In this document: piece after piece, positions 28,060-42,382 of the stretch
How positions within the stretch are numbered: position 1 is the stretch's first letter
How the letters are laid out: every line of letters begins with the position of its first letter
NCBI RefSeq assembly: GCF_009914755.1
Contig: NC_060938.1
Strand: one strand, 5' to 3'
DNA length: 64,000 bases
Source of the DNA: the human T2T-CHM13v2.0 reference genome, Homo sapiens
Notes under the pieces: model-generated
The model's input: only the letters and a program-made list of their open reading frames with translations
Database searches by the model: none
Told to the model about the DNA's origin: nothing
Made by a program: the position numbers and the translations under genes

Positions 28060-28760
28060 CATCTACAAAATTTTAAGGACTTACTATATTATCAGACACT
28101 AAGGGTATCGTAAATGAGTGAGACCCAGACCTTACCGTAAGACACGAGTAGTCTGATAGGGAAGATTTAAATATTGTTTAAGACAATGGAATTATGATCA
28201 GCCTGTGAACTGTAACAAAGGAGGGAGGTATTTAGAGAATAGGTAAATGGAAAATCTTCAAACAGAAGATAATGCCTGTGTAGGACTTGGAAAAGTGAGT
28301 AAGAATGAAGGGTGTTTCACATAGAAGAAAGCCTAGACGAAAACAAGAAGCATGGAATGGCCTGGTGTAGGCTGGTATCCCTGGAGAAAAGTCATCACTT
28401 CAGAAGATGTGACTAGAAAGGTGAGCAGAAGCAGATGGCTGAAGATCTTTATCATGGAGGTTATGAAAACCCACTAAAACTTCTTTTTTAGTAACATGAT
28501 TACATTAGCATTTTATAAAATCATGCTGACTGAAGTGTGGAAAATGAACAGCAGAGGAAAAGACCAGCCAGTGGGCTGTTGTAGCAATTCAGGGGGGAGA
28601 CAGTAAGGCCTGGACTAAGAAAAAGCAATGAATTCAAACAGAAGACCAGAGAGCAGAAGGCTGTTTAAGAGGGGACAATCGCACAATTCAAATATGCTGG
28701 ATGATGGAGGAGGTACCAAGGATGACCCTAGTTCTGGTATAGGGGATTGATGTCTAGAAT
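28060..28760 (-). mobile_element. L2 relic
   Basis: Reverse L2 motifs (GGACTTACTATATTATCAGACAC; ACATGATTACATTAGCATTTTATAAAATCA; CCAAGGATGAC). Approximate. Confidence 0.7.
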
Positions 28761-29449
28761 AGCATTCAGACAATTATTAGCTAAATGTTTATGATTTTTA
28801 GATTATGTGCTGCAATACAGTTTAGGATTGGACAAATCCTAATTTATTTTACCATCATATGATAAATATTAGGGAAAGGGGTGTGAACAACTTATAACAC
28901 CAGTCCTAGTTACTAAGCATTTTCTTTGGCATAGAGGTCAAAGAAAAAGAAAATCTGGCATGGTCTCACCACCCTGATGAGAAAAAAAAAAAATGCCTCT
29001 ACTGTAGGCACCGAGTGGTTAACGTCTCTAATTGGCCTTAGCACAGTGCCAAGACTCAGGGGGTAAGAAGAGTGCTAAAGAGGTTGGAGACATAATCAAG
29101 GAGATTCAAAAGAAAAACTAATTTCAGCTGTCACTGAGCTTTGTCTATATAGAGTGTCATTAGAAAGAGTAAATGACCTGCTGAACTCTTTGGTATTGAG
29201 AACACATTTCTAAAATGTGGAGAAAATCAAAATTACATCACTCAAAGGCTGTCTCTATATGCCTCTGTGCACCTACATATATAAAAAGTGAAGAAGAGAG
29301 AGAGCTTGTACAGCATGCAACCTGGAGACCTGAATTCCCTGAGTAATGGTTACTAGTGATCTAATTCACTAAGTCAACAAGAACTATGTATCGTGCCCTT
29401 GCCATGTGCCCAGTGCACCTTGCTGCCAGGCAGCGGACATTTTCGGCTA

Positions 29450-29655
29450 CCACTGATGGAGTGCTCACTTTGGGCTAAGTGCTTAACAAACATTATCCAG
29501 CTTAATCCTTTCAACGGCCTATGAGTTTGACCTCATGATGCTTAGGGAGGTTAAGCCATTTGTCCAGGGTCACTCAGCCAGTAAGCGGAGAAGCTAGGGT
29601 TCAAACTCTGCTTTCTTCTGACTCAGAGCTGTACTTTTAACCATTACACTATCCT
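29450..29655 (-). mobile_element. MIR relic
   Basis: GAGGTTAAGCCATTTGTCCAGGGTCACTCAGCCAGTAAG...GGTTCAAACTC. Confidence 0.75.
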
Positions 29656-30304
29656 GGGTCACTGTTCTTTTGTTTTCTTTTTAAAAATCATTTTTCTTAC
29701 ATTGCGCTGTTATTTACTATTCCACGAACACAAAGAACCATGCATGGCACTAGCTGAATCTTAATATCGATACAGAGTTCCATCCCAACTTCAGACTTGT
29801 GGCTCCACAACTGACTAGGCAGCGTGCTCCTATTTTGTTTCAGGGCATGCAGAGCTGGTATGTGAGAGACAGGTGGCAGCCAGTTGCTATGGCAATTGCC
29901 TGTCATTAATGATAAAGGGTAATTACTGCAGCAAATTTCTGTTTCGCTTGAAAATGTGACTTGCCCCTTCCCCAAAGGGAGCACAACCCTTTATACCCTC
30001 TCTACTCACCACGGCCTATCATCTTGTATAAGCTTTACCTAGACCACTTGGCTTTGCTGCAAGGAGCTAAGTAAAGCCTGACTTCTTAAAGATTCAGGAG
30101 AAGAAATATTAGATGAGTCACAGAACAAAAAAGGCTCAGAAGATACACATTTTCCTCCTCTACAGACTGTCTAAACTTGCTTTCCCTTAATTAAGTTTGC
30201 AGGAAATAATCCCAAGTATTGCACATTTGTGGACCAAGTTCAATGACTGCTTGAATGGCCATATGTGGTCAATTACTAGATGCTAAGACTGCAAGACCAC
30301 GTAA

Positions 30305-30563
30305 TTTTTTTTTAGATGATGAATTTTTTTTTATACTTTAAGTTCTAGGGTACATGTGCACAACGTGCAGGTTTGCTACATATGTATACATGTGCCATGT
30401 TGGTTTGCTGCACCCATTAACTCATCATTTACATTAGGTATATCTCCTAATGCTATCCCTCCCTGCTCCCCGCACCCCACGACAGGCCCCGGTGTGGGAT
30501 GTTCCCCACCCTGTGTCCAAGTGTTCTCATTGTTCAATTCCCACCTATGAGTGAGAACATGCG
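30305..30563 (-). mobile_element. 5'-truncated L1PA (about L1PA5) 3'UTR fragment with interrupted tail
   Basis: TATACTTTAAGTTCTAGGGTACATGTGCACAACGTGCAGG... is the reverse L1PA 3' end. TSD AAGACCAC(G/A)TAAT at 30293-30305 and 30564-30576. Confidence 0.95.
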
Positions 30564-32419
30564 AAGACCACATAATATTTTCAAACTGACTTACAGAACT
30601 ATAAATCTGTGTCTCAGTATGATTTTCAAATCTTTCCAAGCCAGCTAATAACCCTTTTGATGGTAGAAACTGTGCTTTGTATGGCAGGGGCAATATGGAA
30701 TGAAAAATTTCATTAGTACCTTTTAATTCAGTGTTCTATATGAGTTTAAATAGGAAAACTTCTCTCCATAGTAGGTTACACATTATGGTAGGTAAATATT
30801 GTCATAAAATAAATGCAAAGTAAACAGCCAAGAAGCTGGAAAGCAACACAAAATCAAACACCTCTTAGTCTCTCGTTTCTTTCCACCCCTAAACTTGGGG
30901 TCCAAGTATGTCTCCTGCCTTAAGTTTCTTTTGAAATGCAACCCATAACTGCTTGGCACACTGATGATGGATCCCCAGGAACTGTTCCTACAAACAGGAG
31001 GTCTAGTGATGGCACTAAGTTCTGTCTCATAATCATCTTTTTCTTTTTCAATCTAGCTCCCACTTATATTCAATATCTAGCTCACAGAGAAGTAGACAAC
31101 CTTTTGATCCAAAATAATGGTGCATTCTCCACAAGACTATGTGCTATTCCTTGGAGACTAATGTGCCAACATATCTAGAATCCTAGCCTCAGAGTTTGGC
31201 CTGTTAACTGGAGTTGCATTTTGTTCTGTCAAAACTTTTTTATGTGGCCACAGAGACACTGTAGCAGAGAAAGTTTGGGCAGAAAACAGTCCAAGGGGTG
31301 GCTCACCTATATGTGCTGTGCAACAAAGGTGGGAAAGGGGGAGGGTTCACTAGTATTTGTCATCCCCAAAACTGTGATTGTGAGAATCATAGAGATTTCA
31401 AGCACCCTGGAGCCTATGGCATAAAGACCAGGCTTTTAACCTGGGAGCAAACATCTGTTTTGATCAAGATAGGATGGCTCTTTTTCATCTTTCAAGCCTG
31501 CAACTGACAGAAAGAAGAGTTACATTCAAAAAGCTATATTCAGCTCACCTATTGCATTTCTGTTCCATAGTACAGCAAATTAAAGGCAGGAAGTCTGGAG
31601 GAGAAGGAAAATTGGTAGCAGAATGGATGTGAAAGAGGAAATTGGAGTCAATAGGGTTTGAGATCAATCTTAGCCCATATGCACATCCTTGTTCAATAGG
31701 GCTATTACTACTCCAAACATTTGATTAGCTAATTTTTATGAAGGACGGGGGTATTTTTACCTGTTTTGTCCCCAAATATATCCCAAACCTTCTGAAGAGT
31801 GCCTGGCCTATGATAAACTCCTGATTAATATTTGTTGAATATATGGCAAAACCATTTTACTCTGTTTCCTGCCATTCTAATCCTTAAATCATTTTATCTT
31901 CGTTTCAGTTGGAATAACCAGAAAGGCCCATTAATAAGAGGAAGCAAGACCAAATAAAAACAGGCTGAAATGTAAGACATAGCCCTGATTTCCTTACCTG
32001 CTTCCAAGATTTAAGACTGAGGCTAGCAATTTCACTCCTGCAATGTGCTTTGTTAATTGAAACAAAAGATACAGGTCTTATTTCACAGGCCTTCCTCTAA
32101 CAAGGGATGCTCTCTGAGACAAAGGGAGCGGGGCTCAGGAGGCTCCCATCAATTGGGAGGAAAGCTAGTGAAAGACATAGAGCTCTGAAGCACCTGAAGA
32201 ATCCCTAGACTCTGTAACTACAGACCTCTAAAGAGCCCCCGCCCCACCCCCAGGATTTAGGAGGAACTGGACACAATAGTTACTTCCTCTGAATTTATCC
32301 TTTCCCTTTCATCTTCCCATTGACAACAGGCTAGCTTCATCAAAGAGGAAAATCACACGTGGCTGGCCCTGTTTCCCAGTAAACTTCCTCTCCCTCAGCC
32401 TTACCCTTATTATAGTGTT

Positions 32420-32660
32420 CATTCTCAACCAAGGACAAATTTCCCCTACTCCTAGGAGACACTTGGCAATGCCTGGAGATATGTTTGGTTGTGACAGCTG
32501 GGGTGGCGGTGGGGAGGAGGAGGGATGCTACTGGCATCTAGTGGATTGAGGACAGGGATGTTACTGAACATCCTATAGTGCACAGGACTATAATAGCCCC
32601 CAAACAATGAATTATCTGACCCAAAATGTTCCTAGTGATGAGGTTGACAGACCCTATTCT
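32420..32660 (+). mobile_element. MER20 (hAT-Charlie) containing a CTCF-like motif
   Basis: TTGGCAATGCCTGGAGATATGTTTGGTTG...TGCTACTGGCATCTAGTGG...CATCCTATAGTGCACAGGAC...ATTATCTGACCCAAAATGT matches MER20. Confidence 0.9.
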
Positions 32661-32664
32661 CCAT

Positions 32665-32905
32665 TACCAGGTACTGTGTGTCAGATGCTAATGCCAAATA
32701 CTTTCCACATGCTTAATCTCATTTAATCCTCACAGGATGATTGAGGCCTCATAAGAAGTTGTGAAGTGAATTTTATTATTATCTTCATTTTACAGATGAA
32801 GAAAATAGAGGCTTACAGAGTTTAAGTAATTTGTCCCAAAGTCACACAGCCCATGATGGGGAGCCTGTCACTATACCCAGAACAACCTGGCTCTGAAGCC
32901 ACACA
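32665..32905 (-). mobile_element. MIR relic
   Basis: ATCTCATTTAATCCTCAC...CATTTTACAGATGAAGAAA...GTCACACAGC. Confidence 0.85.
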
Positions 32906-32921
32906 TTACTGCCCCTCTAAC

Positions 32922-33067
32922 TTTTTTAAATGTATTTGTAGAGACAAGGTCTTGCTATGTTGCCCACGCTGGTCTTGAACTCCTGGCCTGGCCTCAAGCA
33001 ATCCTCCTGCTTCTACTTCCCAAAGCCTCCCACATCGGCTCACAGGTGGGAGCCACTGCACTTGGCC
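32922..33067 (-). mobile_element. FLAM / Alu left monomer
   Basis: GTAGAGACAAGGTCTTGCTATGTTGCCC...CCACTGCACTTGGCC, monomer length. Confidence 0.85.
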
Positions 33068-33099
33068 TAGTTCACATTTTAAAAGTAATAGCCCTTGTA

Positions 33100-33340
33100 A
33101 TAACAATGGGTGCATAGCCCTTGCTTTATGCCAGGGACTGTTATAAGTGCTTCCCTTCATATGTATTAACACACTAAATCCTCCAATCATATGAGGCAGG
33201 TATTAATGTTACCCACATTATACAGATGAGGAAACTGAGGTTTAGAGAGGTGAGGTCACACAGCAGCAAAGTGCAGACCTGGGATCTGGATGCAAGTCTG
33301 ACTCCAGTTTCTGTAATCCTTCTTAGCCACTATTCTATTT
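33100..33340 (-). mobile_element. MIR relic
   Basis: ACAGATGAGGAAACTGAGGTTTAGAGAGG core. Confidence 0.85.
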
Positions 33341-35457
33341 TGCCTAGCACACCTACAAAGCTGGGGAAATGGCCAGATAAGCCTCTCAGTGGAATGTGAC
33401 CCATCCTCCTTCACACCTGTACCTCATATATGTTAGTGGGAGCTAGTCTTCGCTCCCTTTGCTATTCTCTGTAGAGCTGGCTGCCAAGACCTCGGTAGAT
33501 CATGATACTGAAAGTATGGAGATCAGAAATAAACTCCTCTAGCTTAACTAGCCCCTGAAGGCAAACCAGCATCACCCTCACTTACTGCTTTGAAATTCTC
33601 TTTCATTGTTTGCATAAAATTTCCTTTTATTAAGTGTAAGATTTGAAAAGGTTTTCAAATAATTACTACAGTTAGTCTAAATGTAGAAAAGCTAAAAGGA
33701 AAACTGTTTGCAATTAGGATTTGCATAATTTCTTTAAAACTGCCTAAGTCATCTACATTTGCAGCTAAAAGCAGGGCAGTATATTGGATGAAACAAAATG
33801 GTGAAAGCCATTTGCCTGACCTTTGACATTTCTTTTAAAAATACCTCAACTTGTTATAGGAACCCAAGTAATTAAACATTTAAGCCCTTTTTTGGAGAAT
33901 TTTTATTAATTAAAAAAATTTCTTACATCTCATGTGAACTTTACAAAAGGACGAAGGTTAATTTGTGGGTTTTCAGACATGAGTCAGTATATCTTGTGAA
34001 TCATTTTTCCTCATAGAGGGCCCTCATAATTTCTCAAATTCCATCAGAAAAATACTTAATTTCTCTCACTTAAAAAAACACAGGTTTTATGGGTACCTAT
34101 ATATAACTGTAAATTTACATAAATATATACATCGCCTACTGCCAATTAGTACGCATTTATGAACAGTGCTCAATAACCCTGTTGATAAGTGAAAGTACAT
34201 CAGTGATGAGATGTCTCTGGGAAACCAATGGGAATCTCAGCAAGTATTTAACTTAAGAGTAGGTGGAGGAGACTCATTACTGGCCTGGCTTGTTGCCTTG
34301 TTCTGTTTGAAACCTCGATTAAAGAAATAACAAACATGGAATGCTAATTAAACTGTTTGACCAATTTCAATAAACAAGCAGTCTAATTTGGGGAGTGCAG
34401 AGAGGGGATAAAACACTATGGCTCTGCTATTCGTTTTCTTACACCAGTTCTTTGATTCCTGCTACAAGAGTTCATGTCCCCAAAGGCCTCCAGATCAGCA
34501 GGGTAGCTGATTCTAGGGTAAAGAGAGAGAGAAAATGTGTCAACTTGGTGAAGCTCACCACAAGCTACAGCTTGCAGGACTCCCTGAGATCACAGCCCAT
34601 GATTGCAGCCTGTCCTGCTCACGGACTGTCACCTAGTACAGCATGTTATAAGCAGTGAAGAATGTGTTTAAGTATAAATAGCTTTGCCCGGCTTGAGCAA
34701 GCAAAACTGTTCCTTTAGTTCAGTGCACACACAGCTTGGAGGCCAGTGTCCTGGGCATACCAGTTGTATCTCCACATAAAATGAATGTCGGCAATGCCCT
34801 AGTATATAATATTGTCTATTAGACAGTGCATAAAGGCCTGCACTGTGTGTACATACCGTAGCCACACAGAAAACATTACCAAATGAGCCTGCTTTTAGCC
34901 TACTGCCTCATACGGTGGTAATTAAGGAGAACTGCCTTTTGATTTGCAACTATTTGCTGTTCTGTAGGAAAAACAGAGCTTAGACCATCTTGTTCCATTT
35001 GTTGTTGCCATGCTTAATCTTCTGATTCATGAGAAATTATTACACCCAGCACCTATGGGGAATTTAATTGTTTGGCTCCTACTCCTCTGGCAAATGTAAT
35101 TGTGGAGGAGGATGTATAGATTAACATTTTTTAAAAGCTTCAGCCAAGAAAAAATAAATAAAAGGAGGTGGAGTTTTTTGTAAAACCTCATACTGAATAA
35201 CATCCAGGGTTGAAATAATGCCAGAACTGAGCTTAAGAGAAAACATCAATACCTAAACGGGAGGTCAAACCAAGGCCACGCGGCCCAGAAGTTTGATCCC
35301 ATCACCATTAACTTGGACATCAGCACACCCCATCTATCTCATGGATATTTGTAGATAACTGGAATACATTTTCCACGTGTGGATAAAAATATAAGATGAA
35401 GTGGTTTTGTGCATTTCTTAAGTCTGTTTTCATCGCTTTTTAATGCTAAAGCTCCAG

Positions 35458-36408
<951 letters not shown>

Positions 36409-36484
36409 GCAGGAAAGACCTGATACTTCATATTGTGTCAATAAACTTTTGGGTGCTGCTAAGTTATGCAGACAGATGGATGAG

Positions 36485-36893
36485 TGCTACAGCAGACATC
36501 TTAAGCCCCACCCATGTTCCTGGGATGCTTGCATTTTAGCAGCAGGTTTACAGCTGCCAGGGTCAGTACCTCTGTACCTGGCAACTTTCTGGAGCTGTGG
36601 CAGACCCTGTTGCCTATAGTAACAGGACAATGACTCTCTCAGGAGTCAGTGAATAACTGCCCCAGCTCCCTCACCCATTAGGAAAGATCATTTGCACATT
36701 TGACTTTTATCCTTTCCCAGAGTGTCACCACAGGATTTAGCTCCAGTTGCCCATGGCGGTAGCTGGCTTATTACCACCATTTTTATTGGCTCCCTTTCCT
36801 TCCTTTAATCACCTCCCTATTCCTCTACAGATACTCCCTGCATCTGGAATCTTTGTCTCAGGATCTACTTCTGGGAGACCCCAAATAAAGATA
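36485..36893 (+). mobile_element. ERVL solo LTR, LTR16-like
   Basis: CTCCCTCACCC...GCTCCAGTTGCCCATGGCGGTAGCTG...TTGTCTCAGGATCTACTTCTGGGAGACCCCAAATAAAGA resembles LTR16. Confidence 0.7.
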
Positions 36894-37223
36894 GGTATTA
36901 TCCCTCAAAGACCGCACAATCTGATGAGGAAGATGAGATTATAAAAGGACAGGAAAGGAGATGAAATAGCTACATCAATTGTATGGTAAATGAAATTATG
37001 TGGGTCAGAGACACCACACCCCAAGAAATGTGGTGTTTTCTTTGTTTATTATCTCTCTCCCTAGGCAAGCCCATATAATTTGTTTATTCAACAAATATTC
37101 ATTGCATGCCTACTACCTGCAAGGCAATAGCAACAAACCAAAAAGTCCCAACTTACATGGCATATATATGTATAAACTCCCAGGTCATGTGGTAGTAAGT
37201 GTTGCAAAGAAAAATAAAGCAGG

Positions 37224-37303
37224 TGTATTTGCCTGGTTGGGCCACCATAATAAGATAACACAGACTGCGTGGTTTAAGAAACAGAGTTTTTTGTTTTTTG
37301 TTT

Positions 37304-37334
<31 letters not shown>

Positions 37335-37650
37335 CTCACAGTTCTAGAAGCTAGAAGTCCAAGATCAAGGTGCCACCAGAGTTGGTTTCTGGTGAGGCCT
37401 CTCTTCCTGGCTTGTAGGTGACTGCCTGCTCACTGTGTCATTGCATGACCTCTTCTCTGTAAAGAGAGAGACCTCTCTGGTGTCTATTCTTCTTCTAATC
37501 ACACTAATCCTATTGAAGTAGCCCCCCACCTTTGTGACCTCATTCAACCTTTATTACTTCCTTCTAGGCCCTATCTCTAAATACAGTCACACTGTGGGTT
37601 AGGGTTTCCTTATATGAATTTGGGGATGACACAATTCAGTTCATAAGACA
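37224..37650 (-). mobile_element. MaLR solo LTR MLT1A-like, with internal (TTTTG)n
   Basis: CTCACAGTTCTAGAAGCTAGAAGTCCAAGATCAAGGTG...TTTCTGGTGAGGCCTCTCTTCCTGGCTTG...ATATGAATTTGGGG. Confidence 0.9.
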
Positions 37651-38739
37651 AGGTAAAGGCAAAAGTAACCATAGAAATTAAGCTTATAATCTTCAAACCA
37701 ATGAGGAATTTAGCTCTAACATTTATTCAGTATCTGCTTGGAACGCATGTGGCTGGGCAGTAGTTGACTACTGTCTTTGGTCTGAATTTTAATAGGATAA
37801 AATTTTTAATCATGACTCCAAAGGGATTTTATGAATGAAAATGCCTTCCATTCCATTTCTATCTCTATGGTTTGCCTTTCTCATGTTGCTATGATCTGCA
37901 TGATAAAGTTACTTGTATATAAAGTCTTCAGTTGATAGTAGAAGCAGCTAATTTTAAATCTTTAAATGAATGTTCCTAAGCAGAAGGAATGAGTAAAACC
38001 ATGGTGTGGAAACCCTAAACCAATCCATAGGAGAGCAGAGGGGTCTTTGAAGCTGCTATGCCAAGTATTGATGGGCTTCAGAGAACTTTTAGAAGAAGAA
38101 AAAGTTTAATTGTTAAGCTGTTTTCAAGGCCTGCCTGCTTTCTCCAGAATATGCTGGGCTCTCCTTCAAACATGCACAACATGACCAAATCAGGGAGCTG
38201 TATATAGATCACACACACTTCCCTCCTGCTCCCCACAAAAAAGACAGTCCATGCCTTCAGTATAATTATAGGGTACAAGTAATTAAGGTTTTGTTAACTA
38301 CCAGCTCTTTTTGCAAAACCTATCAAATATCAGAGACAGTATAATGCTGTAATTGCATCTATGAACCTGTGTAACATTTGGACAAAGAGTTCTAAAGGTC
38401 AAGGTATATAATACACATCTAATATATTTCTCTGATGAACCTAAAATGTTTAGTATGATGTGAAATGAAGCTAAGCACAGAACATGTGTTTCTATATGAG
38501 ATGTTCTTTTCTTTAGCTATTATCAAATACTATTTTCAAAGAATTTTTATCATGTACTTGCAATTTTACTTATTGAAATTACAGAAGGATTTCATTGAAC
38601 ATATACTTGGCTTAACCTTTAGGCAATAATGAATGGTATAAAAATCTCTGCTATGTTTTGCTATTGATATGGATCAAGACTCAGTTGATACTAATCAAAC
38701 ACAGGTTGCTTGGTCATATCAAGAAATGACCTCTTTAAT

Positions 38740-39830
38740 GTTAGAGGGTCCCAAGGCTCAATAACTACATCTACAGGTTTTCATCCAGTCTTGGCTTTAA
38801 ATCCCAGCTGTGATTCAATGACTGTCAAATTTACATCTTCAACACAGCCTTCAATCCTGAACTTAGGACTCATGTATCCAATTGTCTGCTTGATATCCCC
38901 ACTTGAACATCTATTAGTTATCTCAAGGTCAACGGCTTCAAAACTGAGCTTCCTGATTTTATTCCATCAAATCTGTCCTACCCATAGCATTCCCCATTCC
39001 AGTCAATGGTAGTTCCAACCTCCCAGTGGCTCAAACCAAAAATCTGTGAGTTTTTACTCCTTTTTTCACATACCACATCAAATCCACTAGCAAATCATAT
39101 TGGTTTTACCTTCACAACATATGCAAAATCCAACCTTTTCTTCCCTTCTCTACTGTTACTACCCTGGTCCAAGTCACGAAAATCCCATTCTTGAATTATT
39201 TCAATAGGCTTTCCTGTTTCCAGTTTTGACTGCCCTTTCTATTTTCACCACAACAGCCAAAGGAATCCTTTCAAATATGTCATATTATATCACTCATCTG
39301 CTTCTCATCTCACTCTGAATAAAATACAAAATTCCGTTATGGTCTTCAAGACTCTGCATGATAAGACCTTGAACCTCCTCTCTGCCTCACTCCATTCCGG
39401 TCATATTGGTCTCTTTGCTGTTCTTTTATCAGGCCTGGCAAGTTCCTTCATTAGGGCATTGGCCCTGCTGTGACTTTTGCCAAAAATTCTCTCACCTTAG
39501 ATCCCTATGTGGCTGACTCCCTCATCTCCTACAAGCCTTTGCTCAAGAGTCACTGTCTCAGTGAGGCCTACCCTAACCACCCTGCTTGAAATTGCAACTC
39601 ACAACACCTCTTCCTACATTCCTGCTGTTCTTTACTCCTCTGTTTTCTCTTTTATCACCTCCTACCCATTATACACTTTATTATTACATTTATTGTTTAT
39701 TGTCCAGCTCACCCAGGCAGACTGCAAGGTCCATGAAGACAGAGAGCTTTCTCTGTTTTGTTCACTGCTGTATCCTAAGAACCTAGAACAGTGCTCAACA
39801 CGCAGTAAATATCTGTTAAATTAATGCAAT
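38740..39830 (+). mobile_element. L2a 3' fragment
   Basis: L2 body motifs (CTCAAACCAAAAATCT, CAACAGCCAAAGGAATCC, CTCAGTGAGGCCT). 3' end TTGTTCACTGCTGTATCC...AAATATCTGTTAAAT. Confidence 0.88.
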
Positions 39831-41028
39831 GCCTTCTTAGAGATTTCTTTGTCCAAGAAATATCACTAGGGTTTCATTATAAGAAAAACAAATCATCAAA
39901 GAGAAGGAACCACCTATGGTCACCACAAAATAATAATAATACATAATAAGAAGAAATCCAATCAAATAAAGTTTTAAATTTGAAAATGCTAACAATTTTA
40001 TTTAATGATATGCTTGCTAGAAAAAATAATTTCTGAAACTTGGAAACTGGAAAAAGAAATGGGTATTATTTCAGTGCAAGGTTGTGCTTAATGTTATTGC
40101 CTGGATTATTTTCCAGTTCTGTAGGGGCAAAGGTTAAGGTATAGTGTTTTGTTTAATAAATGTACAAATCATTTCCGTCCAGTAGAACAAATGACCACAA
40201 AGACTTACAGTGCTGTTGGACATTAACTAATTCTGTATCCAACCCAGAAATCCATTAAATTTCTTATAGGCACCTATCTTCTCAAAGCTCTTTGGACTAA
40301 AATAACATCTTACTGGTTCCCTCATTACTTATGAGATAAATAAAATCTTTGACATCTGTTTATTCTACATATTCATAAGAGTCATGATTTACCCTCTTTG
40401 AAAATTATATTTTAACATATTCAATGAGCAGTTAATATTTTTAGTACTTGGGAACTATAGTGAAATATCTCAATATTTTAAAAATGAAAGAAGATTCTCA
40501 GAACATAAAACTCGACTATGTCGTGTTCATTAACACAAAGATTCAATGTGCTAAAGTCATCATTCTTTGTAAGTTAGTTCATAAATTTATTAGAATCCTA
40601 ACAAAGCCCCAATCAAGTTTTTTATTTTTGTTTGTTTGATTTTTGAAACAATTCTAAAGTGTATTTGGAAAAAATAAAGAATAATAGTCAGGAAACCAAT
40701 GAAAGAGAAGAGCTGAGGGAAGATTAGTCATACCAAATATTAAAACATATTTAAAAGCCTCAAATTAGAAGATATGATACCAACACATGAACAGATATGC
40801 CAATGGGACTAATAGAAATAGATCCAGATACATAAGGGAATTTAGCATAAGTTAAAATATAGCAAAAATGGCACCTCAACACTGTGGGTAAAAGATGGCC
40901 CATTGAATGAATGGAGCTGGAGTAAATTCTTGGGGAAAAATTATGCTGGATTCTTACCTTACGCTTTAAACCAAATAGATTCAAGATTTCACTGTAAAAG
41001 ATTAAATCATATATATATATATAATGTA

Positions 41029-41403
41029 TGTATTAGTCCATTCTCACGCTGCTATGAAGAAATACCTGAGACTGGATAATTTATAAAGGCAAGAGGTTCA
41101 ATTGACTCACAGTTCTGCAGGGCTGGGGAGGCCTCACGGAACTTACAATCATGGCAGAAGTGGAGGCAAACACATCCTTCTTCACATGGCAGCACAAGAG
41201 AAAAGTGCTGAGCAAAAGGGAAAAAGGCCCCTTATAAAACCATCAGAGCTCATGAGAACTCACTCACTATCACGAGAAAAGCGTGAGGGCAACCACTCCC
41301 ATGATTCAATTACCTCCCACCGGTTCCCTCCCACAACACTTGGGGATTATGGAAACTACAATTCAAGATGAGATTTGGGTGGAGACAAAATCAAATCATA
41401 TCA
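41029..41403 (-). mobile_element. MaLR solo LTR THE1C/D
   Basis: TGTATTAGTCCATTCTCACGCTGCTATGAAGAAATACCTGAGACTGG...GATGAGATTTGGGTGG...CATATCA. 5-bp TSD ATGTA/ATATA. Confidence 0.93.
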
Positions 41404-41544
41404 ATATACTAGAAGAAAACCTAGGAGAATCCCTTTATGTCCTTGGAATAGCAAAGGCTTTGATAAGTATGACTCAAAATCCAGAAGCTCCTCCCCAAAA
41501 TACTTGGCAAATTTAAGTACATGAAATGTTTTTAAAGTATATGC

Positions 41545-41550
<6 letters not shown>

Positions 41551-41590
<40 letters not shown>
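41551..41590. repeat. (TG)20 microsatellite
   Basis: Read directly from the sequence. Confidence 0.97.
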
Positions 41591-41593
<3 letters not shown>

Positions 41594-42382
41594 TCCTCCC
41601 ACATGTCAAATACCACGCACAGGTAGAAAGACAAGCAAGAAACTTGGAAGTTTCACCTCATTATCATAGATAAATGGGTAATCTCCCTCATATTTTTTAA
41701 ACTCCCGTAAATCAATAAGAAAAAAATAACTCAATAGAAAAATAAGCCCAGTATAAGAACAGCCTGTTCACAGAAAAGAAAAATAAAATGCCTCAAATAT
41801 CTATATTCAAATCAACTCTTTATAAAAAGATAAATGCAAAACAAAACTATGCTGAATATCACTTTTCACTTATTATATTGGCAAAAATCCAGACATTTGA
41901 TAACAGTCAATTGGCTATGTGAACAAAAGGCACTTTTATACATCAGGAATATAACTAGGTATAACCCCTTTGTATAGGTTTCATGTTCTATGGAGAGTAA
42001 TTTGACAACACCTGTCACAATTACCTGTATGTATCCTTTGACCCAGCAGTTCTTTTCTGGAATCTATCAATCTATCCTACAGATATATTTACATATATGC
42101 AAAATAGTGTCTGGAAAAGTTTTGAAACAACAGCATTTTTAGAATAGAAACAACTTAAATGCTCATCAGTAAAGACTGTTCAAAAAAATAAAGATCATGG
42201 TATAGCCAAACAATAGAACACTAGTGAACTGTAAAAGAATGAGGAAGTTTTGCAAGTATTAATATAGAAAGGTCTCTGAGATTTGGATGAAAAAGGCAAG
42301 TGGAATGTTCCCAATTTTGTGAAAAAAGAAGAAAAACAGAGAATTTCCTTACATTTGTTTTTTATATACAAAAAGATACTTT

